DNA of 32,000 nucleotides from Prochlorococcus marinus subsp. pastoris str. CCMP1986 (lineage in GTDB: Bacteria > Cyanobacteriota > Cyanobacteriia > PCC-6307 > Cyanobiaceae): the NCBI RefSeq assembly GCF_000011465.1, contig NC_005072.1:1350001-1382000 (forward strand), given 5' to 3'. Positions 20,999-32,000 of this stretch are shown piece by piece (the first letter of the stretch is position 1; each line of letters opens with the position of its first letter). The position numbers and the translations under genes are program-made. The notes beneath the pieces were generated by a model. It saw only the letters and a program-made list of their open reading frames with translations. It was not told the origin of the DNA and ran no database searches.

Positions 20999-21537
20999 AT
21001 TTTATCCAAGTAGACACCATCTTCTCCATCAACTTCTTTTAAACTTAAATAAACAATTTCCTTTTTGCTAGTCGGAACTTTTCTTCCGCAAAAATCAGGC
21101 TGAATTGGTAATTCTCTATGACCTCTATCAATCATTACCAATAACATAATACTTTTTGGTCTTCCCCATAAAAGAAGAGCCTCAATTGCAGCTCGAATTG
21201 TTCTTCCTGTATAAATGACATCATCAATTAAAACAATATCTTTTTTTTCTATAGATGTAGGAAAATCAGTTGCCTCTATTAAACGAGTTCCAACTCTATT
21301 TTGATCATCTCTATAAAAAGTTGGGTCAATTATTCCTTTTTTTACATCAACGCCTGTTTTATCCAACATTTCTTTTCTCAAAACTTCAGCGAGATGAACT
21401 CCTCTCGTAGGGATACCAACCAATAAGAGATTTTCTAAATTTGAGATCTTTTCTATAATTTCGAAAGTTAGTCTAGAGAAAGTTTTTCTTAGCTCATCTT
21501 CAGTAAGTATTATGATTTTTTTATCTGGTTTGGACAT
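20995..21537 (-). CDS. pyrR: bifunctional pyrimidine regulatory protein / uracil phosphoribosyltransferase
   Basis: It has the PRPP-binding loop VLIDDVIYTGRTIRAA and RGHRELPI, with typical PyrR length. It overlaps the convergent upstream gene by 4 nt. Confidence 0.93.
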   Translation of the reverse strand: MSKPDKKIIILTEDELRKTFSRLTFEIIEKISNLENLLLVGIPTRGVHLAEVLRKEMLDKTGVDVKKGIIDPTFYRDDQNRVGTRLIEATDFPTSIEKKDIVLIDDVIYTGRTIRAAIEALLLWGRPKSIMLLVMIDRGHRELPIQPDFCGRKVPTSKKEIVYLSLKEVDGEDGVYLDKI

Positions 21538-21676
21538 GATTCATCTAAAAATTAACTTTATTCAATATCCTTAATAAATTAGCAAAAGCTAACTAAATTA
21601 CATATAAATTGTATGGAACAGCTTTTACGGCTAAATTAAAGATTACTTCTTTAAAACCATGCATTTTAATTAAGAG

Positions 21677-23299
21677 ATGTCAAAGTTTAGCAGCAAGAAT
21701 ATAAATAAAACAAAAGTTCCTGAGAGTCCAGTGGTTCTAGCAATTCTGGACGGATGGGGACATCGTGAAGAGAATTTAGATAATGCCATAAAAAATGCCA
21801 ATACTCCTATAATGGATTCTTTATGGCACGCTTATCCTCATACTCTTATTAATGCGAGCGGAGCTGATGTAGGTTTACCCAATGGTCAAATGGGTAATTC
21901 CGAAGTAGGGCATCTCACGATTGGATCAGGGAGAATCATTCAACAAGAACTTGTAAGAATTACAAATGTTGTGAAAAACAACCAATTAACTCAAGTAAAT
22001 GAGTTAAAGGAAATGGCTAATTCAATTAAGAAAAAAAAGGGTACCTTACACATAACTGGTCTATGTTCAGATGGAGGGGTTCATAGCCACATTGATCACT
22101 TATTAGGATTAATAAAATGGGCTTCAGAAGAACATATAGAAAAAGTAGCTATTCACATTATTACCGATGGTAGAGATACTCCAGCAAAAAGTGCTTATAA
22201 ATACATAAGACAAATAGAAGATTGCATAAAGAAATTTAAAGTAGGAGAAATAGCATCTATATGCGGAAGATATTGGATAATGGATAGAAATTTAATATGG
22301 GAAAGAACAGAAAAAGCTTTTGTAAATTTAACTGATCCAAATGGCAAAAAAATTGACATTTCCCCTGCAGATTATTTAAATAAAAGTTATAACGCAAATA
22401 TTACAGATGAATTCTTAGAGCCTATAAGAATATCTAAAGACTTTTTAAAAGATGAAGATAGTTTAATTTGTTTTAACTTCCGACCTGATAGGGCCAGACA
22501 AATAATAAAAGCTCTTTCGGAAAAAGAATTTGATAATTTTAAAAGAAAAAGTATCCCTGATGTAGATATATTAACTTTCACTCAATACGAAGCAAATTTA
22601 CCAGTTAAAATAGCTTTTCCTCCTGAGTCTCTCAATAACTTTATTGGCCAAATAGTTTCAGAAAATGGACTTAAGCAATACAGAACAGCAGAGACCGAAA
22701 AATATCCACATGTTACTTATTTTTTTAATGGAGGAGTAGAAGTCCCCTCGCCAGGAGAACAAAGACATTTAATTCCTTCGCCAAGAGTTGCAACTTATGA
22801 TATGGCACCGGAAATGTCTGCCGAAGAATTAACTATTAGTTGCTCAAATGCTATAAAAACTGGACAGTATTCTTTTGTAGTTATAAATTTTGCTAATCCT
22901 GACATGGTTGGACATACAGGTAATATGGCCGCAGCTATAAAGGCCATCGAAACCGTCGATAGATGTATAGGTAAGATAGTAAATGCTACAGGAGAAATGG
23001 GAGGCAGTATTCTTATTACTGCAGATCATGGCAATGCTGAACTGATGAAAGGTCCTGATGGAGAACCCTGGACAGCTCACACTATTAATAAAGTCCCCTT
23101 AATTTTTATTGAAGGTGAGAAAAGAAAAATTCCAAATATGGGAAATGAGATTTATTTGAGAGAAAATGCTGGATTAGCAGATATTGCTCCAACATTATTG
23201 CAATTATTAAATCTTCCTATTCCAAAAGAGATGACAGGAAAATCACTTATTAAAGAAATCGAATTAAAAGGATTTAATAAAGTCGTTCAACATGTTTAA
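21677..23299 (+). CDS. gpmI: 2,3-bisphosphoglycerate-independent phosphoglycerate mutase
   Basis: [39 protein letters not shown] and TADHGNAE are iPGM signatures. Confidence 0.95.
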   Translation: MSKFSSKNINKTKVPESPVVLAILDGWGHREENLDNAIKNANTPIMDSLWHAYPHTLINASGADVGLPNGQMGNSEVGHLTIGSGRIIQQELVRITNVVKNNQLTQVNELKEMANSIKKKKGTLHITGLCSDGGVHSHIDHLLGLIKWASEEHIEKVAIHIITDGRDTPAKSAYKYIRQIEDCIKKFKVGEIASICGRYWIMDRNLIWERTEKAFVNLTDPNGKKIDISPADYLNKSYNANITDEFLEPIRISKDFLKDEDSLICFNFRPDRARQIIKALSEKEFDNFKRKSIPDVDILTFTQYEANLPVKIAFPPESLNNFIGQIVSENGLKQYRTAETEKYPHVTYFFNGGVEVPSPGEQRHLIPSPRVATYDMAPEMSAEELTISCSNAIKTGQYSFVVINFANPDMVGHTGNMAAAIKAIETVDRCIGKIVNATGEMGGSILITADHGNAELMKGPDGEPWTAHTINKVPLIFIEGEKRKIPNMGNEIYLRENAGLADIAPTLLQLLNLPIPKEMTGKSLIKEIELKGFNKVVQHV

Positions 23300-23324
23300 A
23301 TTAGATATATAACAAATACAAAAT

Positions 23325-23549
23325 ATGAGTCAAATATTTACTTGGATATGGGTTAGTTCTGGAATACTACTAATACTTTTAGTTCTACTTCATAGTCCCA
23401 AAGGCGATGGTATGGGAGGAATAGCAGCTAGTGGAAGCTCAATGTTTACTAGCGCCAGCAGCGCTGAAGCATCCCTAAACAAAATAACATGGACCATTTT
23501 AATTATATTTTTATCTCTCGCAATCATTCTTAGTGCAGGTTGGATATAG
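23325..23549 (+). CDS. secG: preprotein translocase subunit SecG
   Basis: 74 aa with two TM helices and LLHSPKGDG between them. It has the typical position after gpmI. Confidence 0.85.
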   Translation: MSQIFTWIWVSSGILLILLVLLHSPKGDGMGGIAASGSSMFTSASSAEASLNKITWTILIIFLSLAIILSAGWI

Positions 23550-23592
23550 AAATATTCAATTTAACTATCTTTAAAATAAATCAATAAATAAG

Positions 23593-23618
23593 AAAGGGAT
23601 TGTCAAAACAATCCCTTT
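23593..23618. terminator. bidirectional terminator hairpin between secG and groEL
   Basis: Perfect 11-bp stem AAAGGGATTGT / ACAATCCCTTT with loop CAAA. On the minus strand a U-rich tail follows (CTTATTTATT). Confidence 0.75.
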
Positions 23619-23639
23619 AAAACTAAAAATTTTAGTTAT

Positions 23640-25301
<1,662 letters not shown>

Positions 25302-25325
25302 TTAATAATTTTTGAAACAAATAAA

Positions 25326-25637
25326 TTAGCCAACTACAGCTAATATATCCTTTTCTGAAAGTAAGACGTACTCATCTCCTCCCAATTTGATGTCAGTTCC
25401 AGCATATTTGCTGTATAAGACTTTATCGCCAATACTCACTTCGGGAGTTTGTCGAGAACCATCGTCGTTGAGCTTCCCAGGGCCGACCTGAGCAACTTCT
25501 CCTACCTGTGGTTTTTCTTTAGCTGAGTCGGGCAAAAGGATGCCACCAGCAGTTTTTTCCTCAGATTCGGAAACTTTGATAAATATTCTATCTCCCAGTG
25601 GTTTGACTGTAGAGACTGTAAGTGAAACAGCTGCCAT
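25326..25637 (-). CDS. groES: co-chaperonin GroES (10 kDa)
   Basis: 103 aa with [12 protein letters not shown]...KTAGGILLP, immediately upstream of groEL. Confidence 0.97.
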   Translation of the reverse strand: MAAVSLTVSTVKPLGDRIFIKVSESEEKTAGGILLPDSAKEKPQVGEVAQVGPGKLNDDGSRQTPEVSIGDKVLYSKYAGTDIKLGGDEYVLLSEKDILAVVG

Positions 25638-25854
25638 AGATTAATGGTGGATCATAAATGCGACGCAATGCGTCAAAAGTCTGGTGAGAGTATTACTCAA
25701 ACCGTATGGTAAATAACATAATCTGTTAAGCAGCAATTAAACCACTCTTTAACTGTGCGGTTGGCCGAACCCAGTTAACGAATATACCCTCGGGATGGTA
25801 ATATTTCGCATTATGAGCTGTTCTAAAATCAGCTAATCCTCACCAAGTCAATAA

Positions 25855-27318
<1,464 letters not shown>

Positions 27319-27366
27319 ATTATCAACTTTCATAAATAATTTTAATCTCTTTAAAAATTTAAATTC

Positions 27367-27771
27367 ATGGCAATTTCACTCAAGGTTTTAGCTCCAAATC
27401 AGAATGTTTACGAAGGTGATGCTGAAGAGGTAATTCTTCCAAGCACCACTGGTCAAATTGGGGTACTCCCTGGACATATATCTTTAGTAACGGCTATCGA
27501 TATTGGTGTCTTAAGACTAAGAATGAATTCCAAATGGAAATCTATAGCTTTAATGGGTGGCTTTGCTGAAATAGAGTCAGATGAAGTTATAGTTCTTGTT
27601 AACAGCGCTGAAATTGGGTCCGAAATTAATATCCAAAATGCTGAAGATGCTCTTAAAAAAGCAAAATCCGCAATTAGTAAATTTCCCGAAAATGAGAAAA
27701 GCTCAGAAAAGATTAAAGCCCTTAATGAAGTCTCAAAAGCTGAGGCAAGAATTCAAGCTTCAAAAAACTAA
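27367..27771 (+). CDS. atpC: F1 ATP synthase epsilon subunit
   Basis: 134 aa with [13 protein letters not shown] and a helical C-terminus, directly after the beta subunit. This gene is named atpE in plastid-style naming. Confidence 0.93.
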
Positions 27772-27774
27772 ATT

Positions 27775-28251
27775 TTAAGCAGTCCCACAGAAAGCGACTT
27801 CAGGAAATTTAAGCTTTGCTTCTTCCAATTTTTTCGTTTTACCTTCTTCTTGCCAGTAATTAATTACTTCAGTAGCTTTATTCAATATTTCAACTCTTTC
27901 ATTATCTGTAATCCAACTTTTATTCTCTAATTCGCTCTTTAATTTTTCCCATGCGTCATCTCTTGGCCAAAAATAGTAAGCAGTTAATGGACTTGAACCT
28001 CCTCCAACTATTTGATCTACTGCCAATGCGACATTATCAGGTAACCATAAGATTTTGATAATAAATCTACCCTCATCTGGTTTTGGAGTATAGCCTGTGG
28101 GAACTCCATCTTCATCAATTTTAGCAGCCGCTAAAACGGCGTTTGCTCCCATCATCCCTGCATTTGGTGAGGTTATTTTTGATTTTTGAGAAACATTTTT
28201 TTGTTCTTGCTGCTCCTTAGCATTCTCATTACCCTTATCTGATGAAGTCAT
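27775..28251 (-). CDS. 30S ribosomal protein PSRP-3 / Ycf65 homolog
   Basis: The segment [52 protein letters not shown]...[18 protein letters not shown] matches the conserved PSRP-3 core (recalled). Confidence 0.85.
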   Translation of the reverse strand: MTSSDKGNENAKEQQEQKNVSQKSKITSPNAGMMGANAVLAAAKIDEDGVPTGYTPKPDEGRFIIKILWLPDNVALAVDQIVGGGSSPLTAYYFWPRDDAWEKLKSELENKSWITDNERVEILNKATEVINYWQEEGKTKKLEEAKLKFPEVAFCGTA

Positions 28252-28359
28252 TCAGTAATATTAGATTTATTTTTATAATTTATCAGTTAATGGTCACTAA
28301 TTGATCATTTTGATCAAAAATTCTTGCTTTTATTTATTGATTATCACTAAAAGTTAATC

Positions 28360-28518
28360 TTATCTTTCTCTTGATACTTCATAAAAATCATAAATTTTTG
28401 CCTCTAAAGAATCCCAAAGATCTTTAGGAATATCATTTTCTTCTGCAAACATTCCAAGTTGACTAGCCAAGCCTCTTGCTTGAGATAATTTAGAATCATA
28501 AGAACTAGTTTTATCCAT
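28360..28518 (-). CDS. hypothetical 52-aa acidic micro-protein, not in the ORF track
   Basis: Hand translation gives MDKTSSYDSKLSQARGLASQLGMFAEENDIPKDLWDSLEAKIYDFYEVSRER*. It fills an otherwise empty 320-nt gap between two minus-strand core genes. Confidence 0.4.
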   Translation of the reverse strand: MDKTSSYDSKLSQARGLASQLGMFAEENDIPKDLWDSLEAKIYDFYEVSRER

Positions 28519-28575
28519 GTTAAAATTTTTAATTATCTTAAAAAATTAAATCTATTAACTGTAAAAGTCAAATAT

Positions 28576-29901
28576 TCAATACTCTAAATCAGAAATTTCT
28601 TTAAGTGCGGCGAAGCTAAGAATTTCTGGCTCTTTTTCATTTACAAGGACATCATCTTCTATTCTTATTCCTATACCTTTCCATTTTTCTTCAATAGTAG
28701 GTTGACCTTCTGGAACGGGAATTCTGTCACTTATGTAAATACCTGGTTCGACAGTAAGTATCATCCCATTCTGTAAGGGAACATCATATTCTCCCATCCT
28801 ATATGCACCAACATCGTGAACATCTAAACCAAGCCAATGTCCAGTTCTATGCATATATAAATGTTTATAAGATCCGTTTTCAATTATTCCATCAGTATCT
28901 CCTCTTAATAGTCCAATTTCTTTTAATCCCTCTACCAGAATTCTCAAAGCAATATTATGAACGTTAGTAGAATTAGATCCTTTAACAGAATTTTTGATTG
29001 CATTTTTTTGTGCTTCTAAAACAATTTCATAAATAAGTTTCTGCTCCTTAGAAAATTTACCACCGATAGGAAAAGTTCTTGTAATATCACCATTGTAATA
29101 ATCAATTAATGAACAACCTGCATCTACTAATAATAAATCCCCATTATTCAGCTCAGAGTTATTTAATGTGTAATGCAAAATGCATGCATTATCACCTGAA
29201 GCAACGATAGAGTTATAAGCAGGACCTCTTGCACCTTTTTCTAAAAAGAATCCTTCTATTAATCCTTGAATTTGTCTTTCATTTTTCTTTGATGAAATAG
29301 ATTCCCTTACTAATTCATGGGCTTCAGCTGAAATTTGAGTAGCCTCTCTCATTCTATTTATTTCAAAATCACTTTTAATTAAGCGCATTTCATTGAGATA
29401 TATTTCAGGCGATTTTATAGAATTTGCTCCTATTCCTACCCTTGACCTAGCTTCTTGTTGTTGAGAAAATATTTCCAAAACAATTTTTTCAACTTTGCTA
29501 TGTTTACCAATTGAATAAACAATCTCTTCTGATTCACCGATATAAACTGGAAGCAGATCCTTAAACTCATTAATTGAATGAGCTTTATCAGCCTTAAATT
29601 CTCTTTCGGCACCTTCTATTCCCCACCTAAAGCCATGCCATACCTCACCTAAAATATCCTTTGGAGCAACAAACAAAATAAACCTTTCCCCTTTTGGCTT
29701 ATGAGATAAGAAAAGAGCAATAGAATCAGGCTCATCAAAGCCAGTCAGATACCAAAAATTACTGTCTTGTCTAAAAGGATATTCACAATCTGCATGATGC
29801 CTAACCAAGCTAGAACTTGGAATAATAGCAGCTTTGCCATTTAATTTTTTGAAGAAAATTTCTCTTCTTTCTTCAAATACTCTACAGTCAGGTTTAAACA
29901 T
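28576..29901 (-). CDS. pepP: Xaa-Pro aminopeptidase (M24B, aminopeptidase P)
   Basis: It has the N-terminal AMP_N-type domain and the metal ligand contexts DAG.....Y..DITRT, HGTGH-like HRTGHWLGLDVHD, EPG and RIEDD. Confidence 0.9.
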   Translation of the reverse strand: MFKPDCRVFEERREIFFKKLNGKAAIIPSSSLVRHHADCEYPFRQDSNFWYLTGFDEPDSIALFLSHKPKGERFILFVAPKDILGEVWHGFRWGIEGAEREFKADKAHSINEFKDLLPVYIGESEEIVYSIGKHSKVEKIVLEIFSQQQEARSRVGIGANSIKSPEIYLNEMRLIKSDFEINRMREATQISAEAHELVRESISSKKNERQIQGLIEGFFLEKGARGPAYNSIVASGDNACILHYTLNNSELNNGDLLLVDAGCSLIDYYNGDITRTFPIGGKFSKEQKLIYEIVLEAQKNAIKNSVKGSNSTNVHNIALRILVEGLKEIGLLRGDTDGIIENGSYKHLYMHRTGHWLGLDVHDVGAYRMGEYDVPLQNGMILTVEPGIYISDRIPVPEGQPTIEEKWKGIGIRIEDDVLVNEKEPEILSFAALKEISDLEY

Positions 29902-29975
29902 AAAATTTTGGATTGGCGAATTTTATAAAAAAATGGAAGAATGAATTAGAAGATATTTAAAAACTAATCTTTTTA

Positions 29976-30953
29976 ATGGAACCAAATGTCTACATTCTAA
30001 TTTTACTTATAATTATAATTTTAGTAGGTTCAGCATGTTGTTCAGGAGTAGAAGCAGCTTTTTTAGCAGTCAATTCAATAAGGATTTTAGAATTAGCATC
30101 AAAACAAAAACCCAAGAGTTCTGCAAATCAACTACTTAAACTTAGAAAACATCTTGGGAGAACTTTAACTGTAATTACCATAACTAATAATGGGTTTAAC
30201 ATAATTGGTAGTCTCCTTTTAGGAGTCTATGGGGCACTAATAATTAAAAGTAGTTTGGGATTAACATTATTTTCAATCGCTTTTTATGTATTAGTTGTAT
30301 TACTTGGCGAAGTACTTCCAAAAGCATTAGGTACAAGATTTTCCCTACAAATAGCCATGTTTTCTGTTCCTATTTTGAGGATGTTAAATAGTTTAATGAG
30401 GCCATTTTTATTATTAATAGAACAATTATTTCCTGTTATAACTGCGGAGAACGAAATATCGACTGATGAAGCAGAGATTAGACAAATGGCGAAAATAGGC
30501 TCACAGAAGGGATTTATAGAGGCTGATGAAGCAGAAATGATACTTAAGGTTTTTCAATTAAATGACTTAAAAGCGAAAGATTTAATGATCCCAAGAGTGT
30601 CAGCGCCTAGTCTTGATGGGTCCTCAAATCTTGATGAAATTTCCAAACTTATAATTTCAAATAATTCTCCATGGTGGGTTGTTTTGGGAGATAAAGTTGA
30701 CAAAATACAAGGGATAGCTAAACGTGAGAACTTACTAACTAGTCTTATCAAAGGAGAAAATAAAAAATTAATATCTGAATTATGTGATCCTGTCGACTAC
30801 ATCCCGGAAATGATAAAAGTAGACAAGTTGTTAACAAGATTTGACAAGGATCATAAAGGAGTGAAAGTAGTAGTAGATGAATTTGGAGGATTCGTGGGAA
30901 TAATCGGATCAGAAGCTGTGCTCTCGGTATTGGCAGGTTGGTGGAAAGAATAA
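29976..30953 (+). CDS. DUF21 (CNNM) transmembrane domain plus CBS-pair protein (TlyC/hemolysin-like)
   Basis: It has four N-terminal TM helices with the GE.LPK motif, then a CBS-pair region (DLMIPR..., V.DEFGG..GI.). No CorC_HlyC tail was seen. Confidence 0.85.
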   Translation: MEPNVYILILLIIIILVGSACCSGVEAAFLAVNSIRILELASKQKPKSSANQLLKLRKHLGRTLTVITITNNGFNIIGSLLLGVYGALIIKSSLGLTLFSIAFYVLVVLLGEVLPKALGTRFSLQIAMFSVPILRMLNSLMRPFLLLIEQLFPVITAENEISTDEAEIRQMAKIGSQKGFIEADEAEMILKVFQLNDLKAKDLMIPRVSAPSLDGSSNLDEISKLIISNNSPWWVVLGDKVDKIQGIAKRENLLTSLIKGENKKLISELCDPVDYIPEMIKVDKLLTRFDKDHKGVKVVVDEFGGFVGIIGSEAVLSVLAGWWKE

Positions 30954-30955
30954 AA

Positions 30956-32000
30956 ATGAAGCAAATTAATATTGATAAAAGTTATTTACTTTTGAAAAAA
31001 TGGTGGGAAAGTATTGATCTTACAAACTATGAAAAATGTAATTTAAACAATGAAATTATTTCTTTAAATCAACAACTTTTCAGACTTAACGAAAAGCAAT
31101 TAAGAATTGGAATATATGGCAAAGCAGGAGTTGGTAAATCCTCTATTTTGAATTTAATATTAAATAAAAACGTATTTAAGACAGGCATTATAAATGGGAC
31201 CACAAAAAATATTGAAAGGGAAGAGTGGAATTTCAAGCATCAAAGTCTAAGAACAATCGAATTAATTGATGCTCCAGGCTTTGATTTTTGTGACATCAAA
31301 GATCCAGAAAATATATTCTCGCAAATCAATAGTTCAGAACTAATTTTATTTACAATAACTGGAGATATAAACAGAAATGAAGTATCTCAAATCAATTCAT
31401 TTATTAAGAATGGGAAAAAAATTATTCTTGTTTTTAATAAAATTGATATGTGGGAAGGGCATGATTTAAAAGAAATTTTAAAAAATATAAGGTTAAAACT
31501 TCCACAATATATAAAAATCCCGATAATAATAAATTCGAAAAATAATATTAGGAACCAGTTAAGTGAGTTAATTAATAATTATGGAGAAAGTCTATTGACT
31601 TTAAACTCTCTTCAATTAGCTGATAAATTATTCTTAAAAATAAAAGAACAAAGATTAAAAAAAAGACAACGCGAAGCTCAATCGATTATAGGTAAATTTG
31701 CAACAATAAAAGCATCAGGTGTAGCATTGAATCCATTGATTTTGCTTGATATTGCAGGAGGTTTTGCATTAGATACTGCATTAGTTAGTGAGTTGAGCAA
31801 AGTTTATGGATTAAATCTTAAAGGTGAATCAGTACGAAAAATCATCAAAAAGATTTCTATAAATAATATCTTCCTTGGAGCCACTCAAGTTGGTATAAAT
31901 ACATCTTTTAATTTATTGCGTAAAATTTTCTTGGCCACTGCTCCTTTTACAAATGGTTTATCATTATTACCCTACGGACCTATTGCTATTGTACAAGCAG
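30956..32000 (+). CDS. GTP-binding protein (MMR_HSR1-type G domain plus C-terminal membrane-associated region), 3' end outside the window
   Basis: It is not in the track because no stop occurs before the window edge. The ATG is at 30956. Motifs are G1 GKAGVGKSS, G3 DAPG and G4 NKID. The hydrophobic tail is DUF697-like. Confidence 0.85.
   Translation, partial: MKQINIDKSYLLLKKWWESIDLTNYEKCNLNNEIISLNQQLFRLNEKQLRIGIYGKAGVGKSSILNLILNKNVFKTGIINGTTKNIEREEWNFKHQSLRTIELIDAPGFDFCDIKDPENIFSQINSSELILFTITGDINRNEVSQINSFIKNGKKIILVFNKIDMWEGHDLKEILKNIRLKLPQYIKIPIIINSKNNIRNQLSELINNYGESLLTLNSLQLADKLFLKIKEQRLKKRQREAQSIIGKFATIKASGVALNPLILLDIAGGFALDTALVSELSKVYGLNLKGESVRKIIKKISINNIFLGATQVGINTSFNLLRKIFLATAPFTNGLSLLPYGPIAIVQA

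Noticed and set aside
25638-25760. CIRCE heat-shock operator upstream of groES
   Set aside because: The closest candidates (TGAGAGTATTACTCA at 25689-25703; TTAAGCAGC..ACTCTTTAA at about 25719-25752) do not match TTAGCACTC-N9-GAGTGCTAA and are not proper inverted repeats.

Overview
This is very AT-rich DNA, roughly 30% G+C by eye. The gene content (hli, PSRP-3/ycf65, groEL-groES beside atpD-atpC, rpoZ, secG, gpmI, pyrR) fits a marine picocyanobacterium, most likely a high-light-adapted Prochlorococcus; this is inference, as no search was possible. The window has two parts. (1) About 1-17,650 is a hypervariable, island-type region. It holds about 40 short, tightly packed ORFs. At least nine are under 60 aa and absent from the supplied track, including an hli gene. 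It also holds signal-peptide-bearing exoenzymes (cupin, alpha/beta hydrolase, a 694-aa PhoX/DUF839-like protein, an SNase-type nuclease, a trypsin-like protease), a DUF411/CopG-like metal cluster, gene fragments and several interspersed repeat families. (2) About 17,680-32,000 is conserved housekeeping DNA: EVE-domain protein, rpoZ, Hsp70-like protein, pyrR, gpmI, secG, groESL, atpD/atpC, PSRP-3, pepP, DUF21-CBS protein and a GTPase running off the right edge. I recognised no rRNA, tRNA, CRISPR array, transposase or integrase. The most interesting signal is that the island looks modular, built from three components. First, ORFs are joined head-to-tail at an invariant stop|ATGAAACGCTTACT junction that encodes the start of a shared signal peptide (MKRLLL...), with rare-codon identity. 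Second, orphan copies of that leader lie in intergenic DNA. Third, a ~20-45 bp element (ATTGACAGTCGATCTAAAAT, often followed by a hairpin and T-tract) sits at gene boundaries. It matches the orientation of its upstream gene at every copy on both arms of an array diverging from ~4,450-4,680, and also of the next gene downstream at all but one (the doubtful + ORF 4030..4287 next to the copy at 4289..4328). Other repeat systems are also present. One is a conserved ~115-130 nt leader in front of two homologous micro-ORFs. Another is a 5'-module of one gene family present in three copies: one intact, one pseudogene, and one fragment in front of an unrelated gene. There are also iteron-like tandem repeats in a ~470 bp AT-rich spacer, and a GCTGGTATA repeat cluster at the island/core boundary. 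All functional readings of these repeats are hypotheses.
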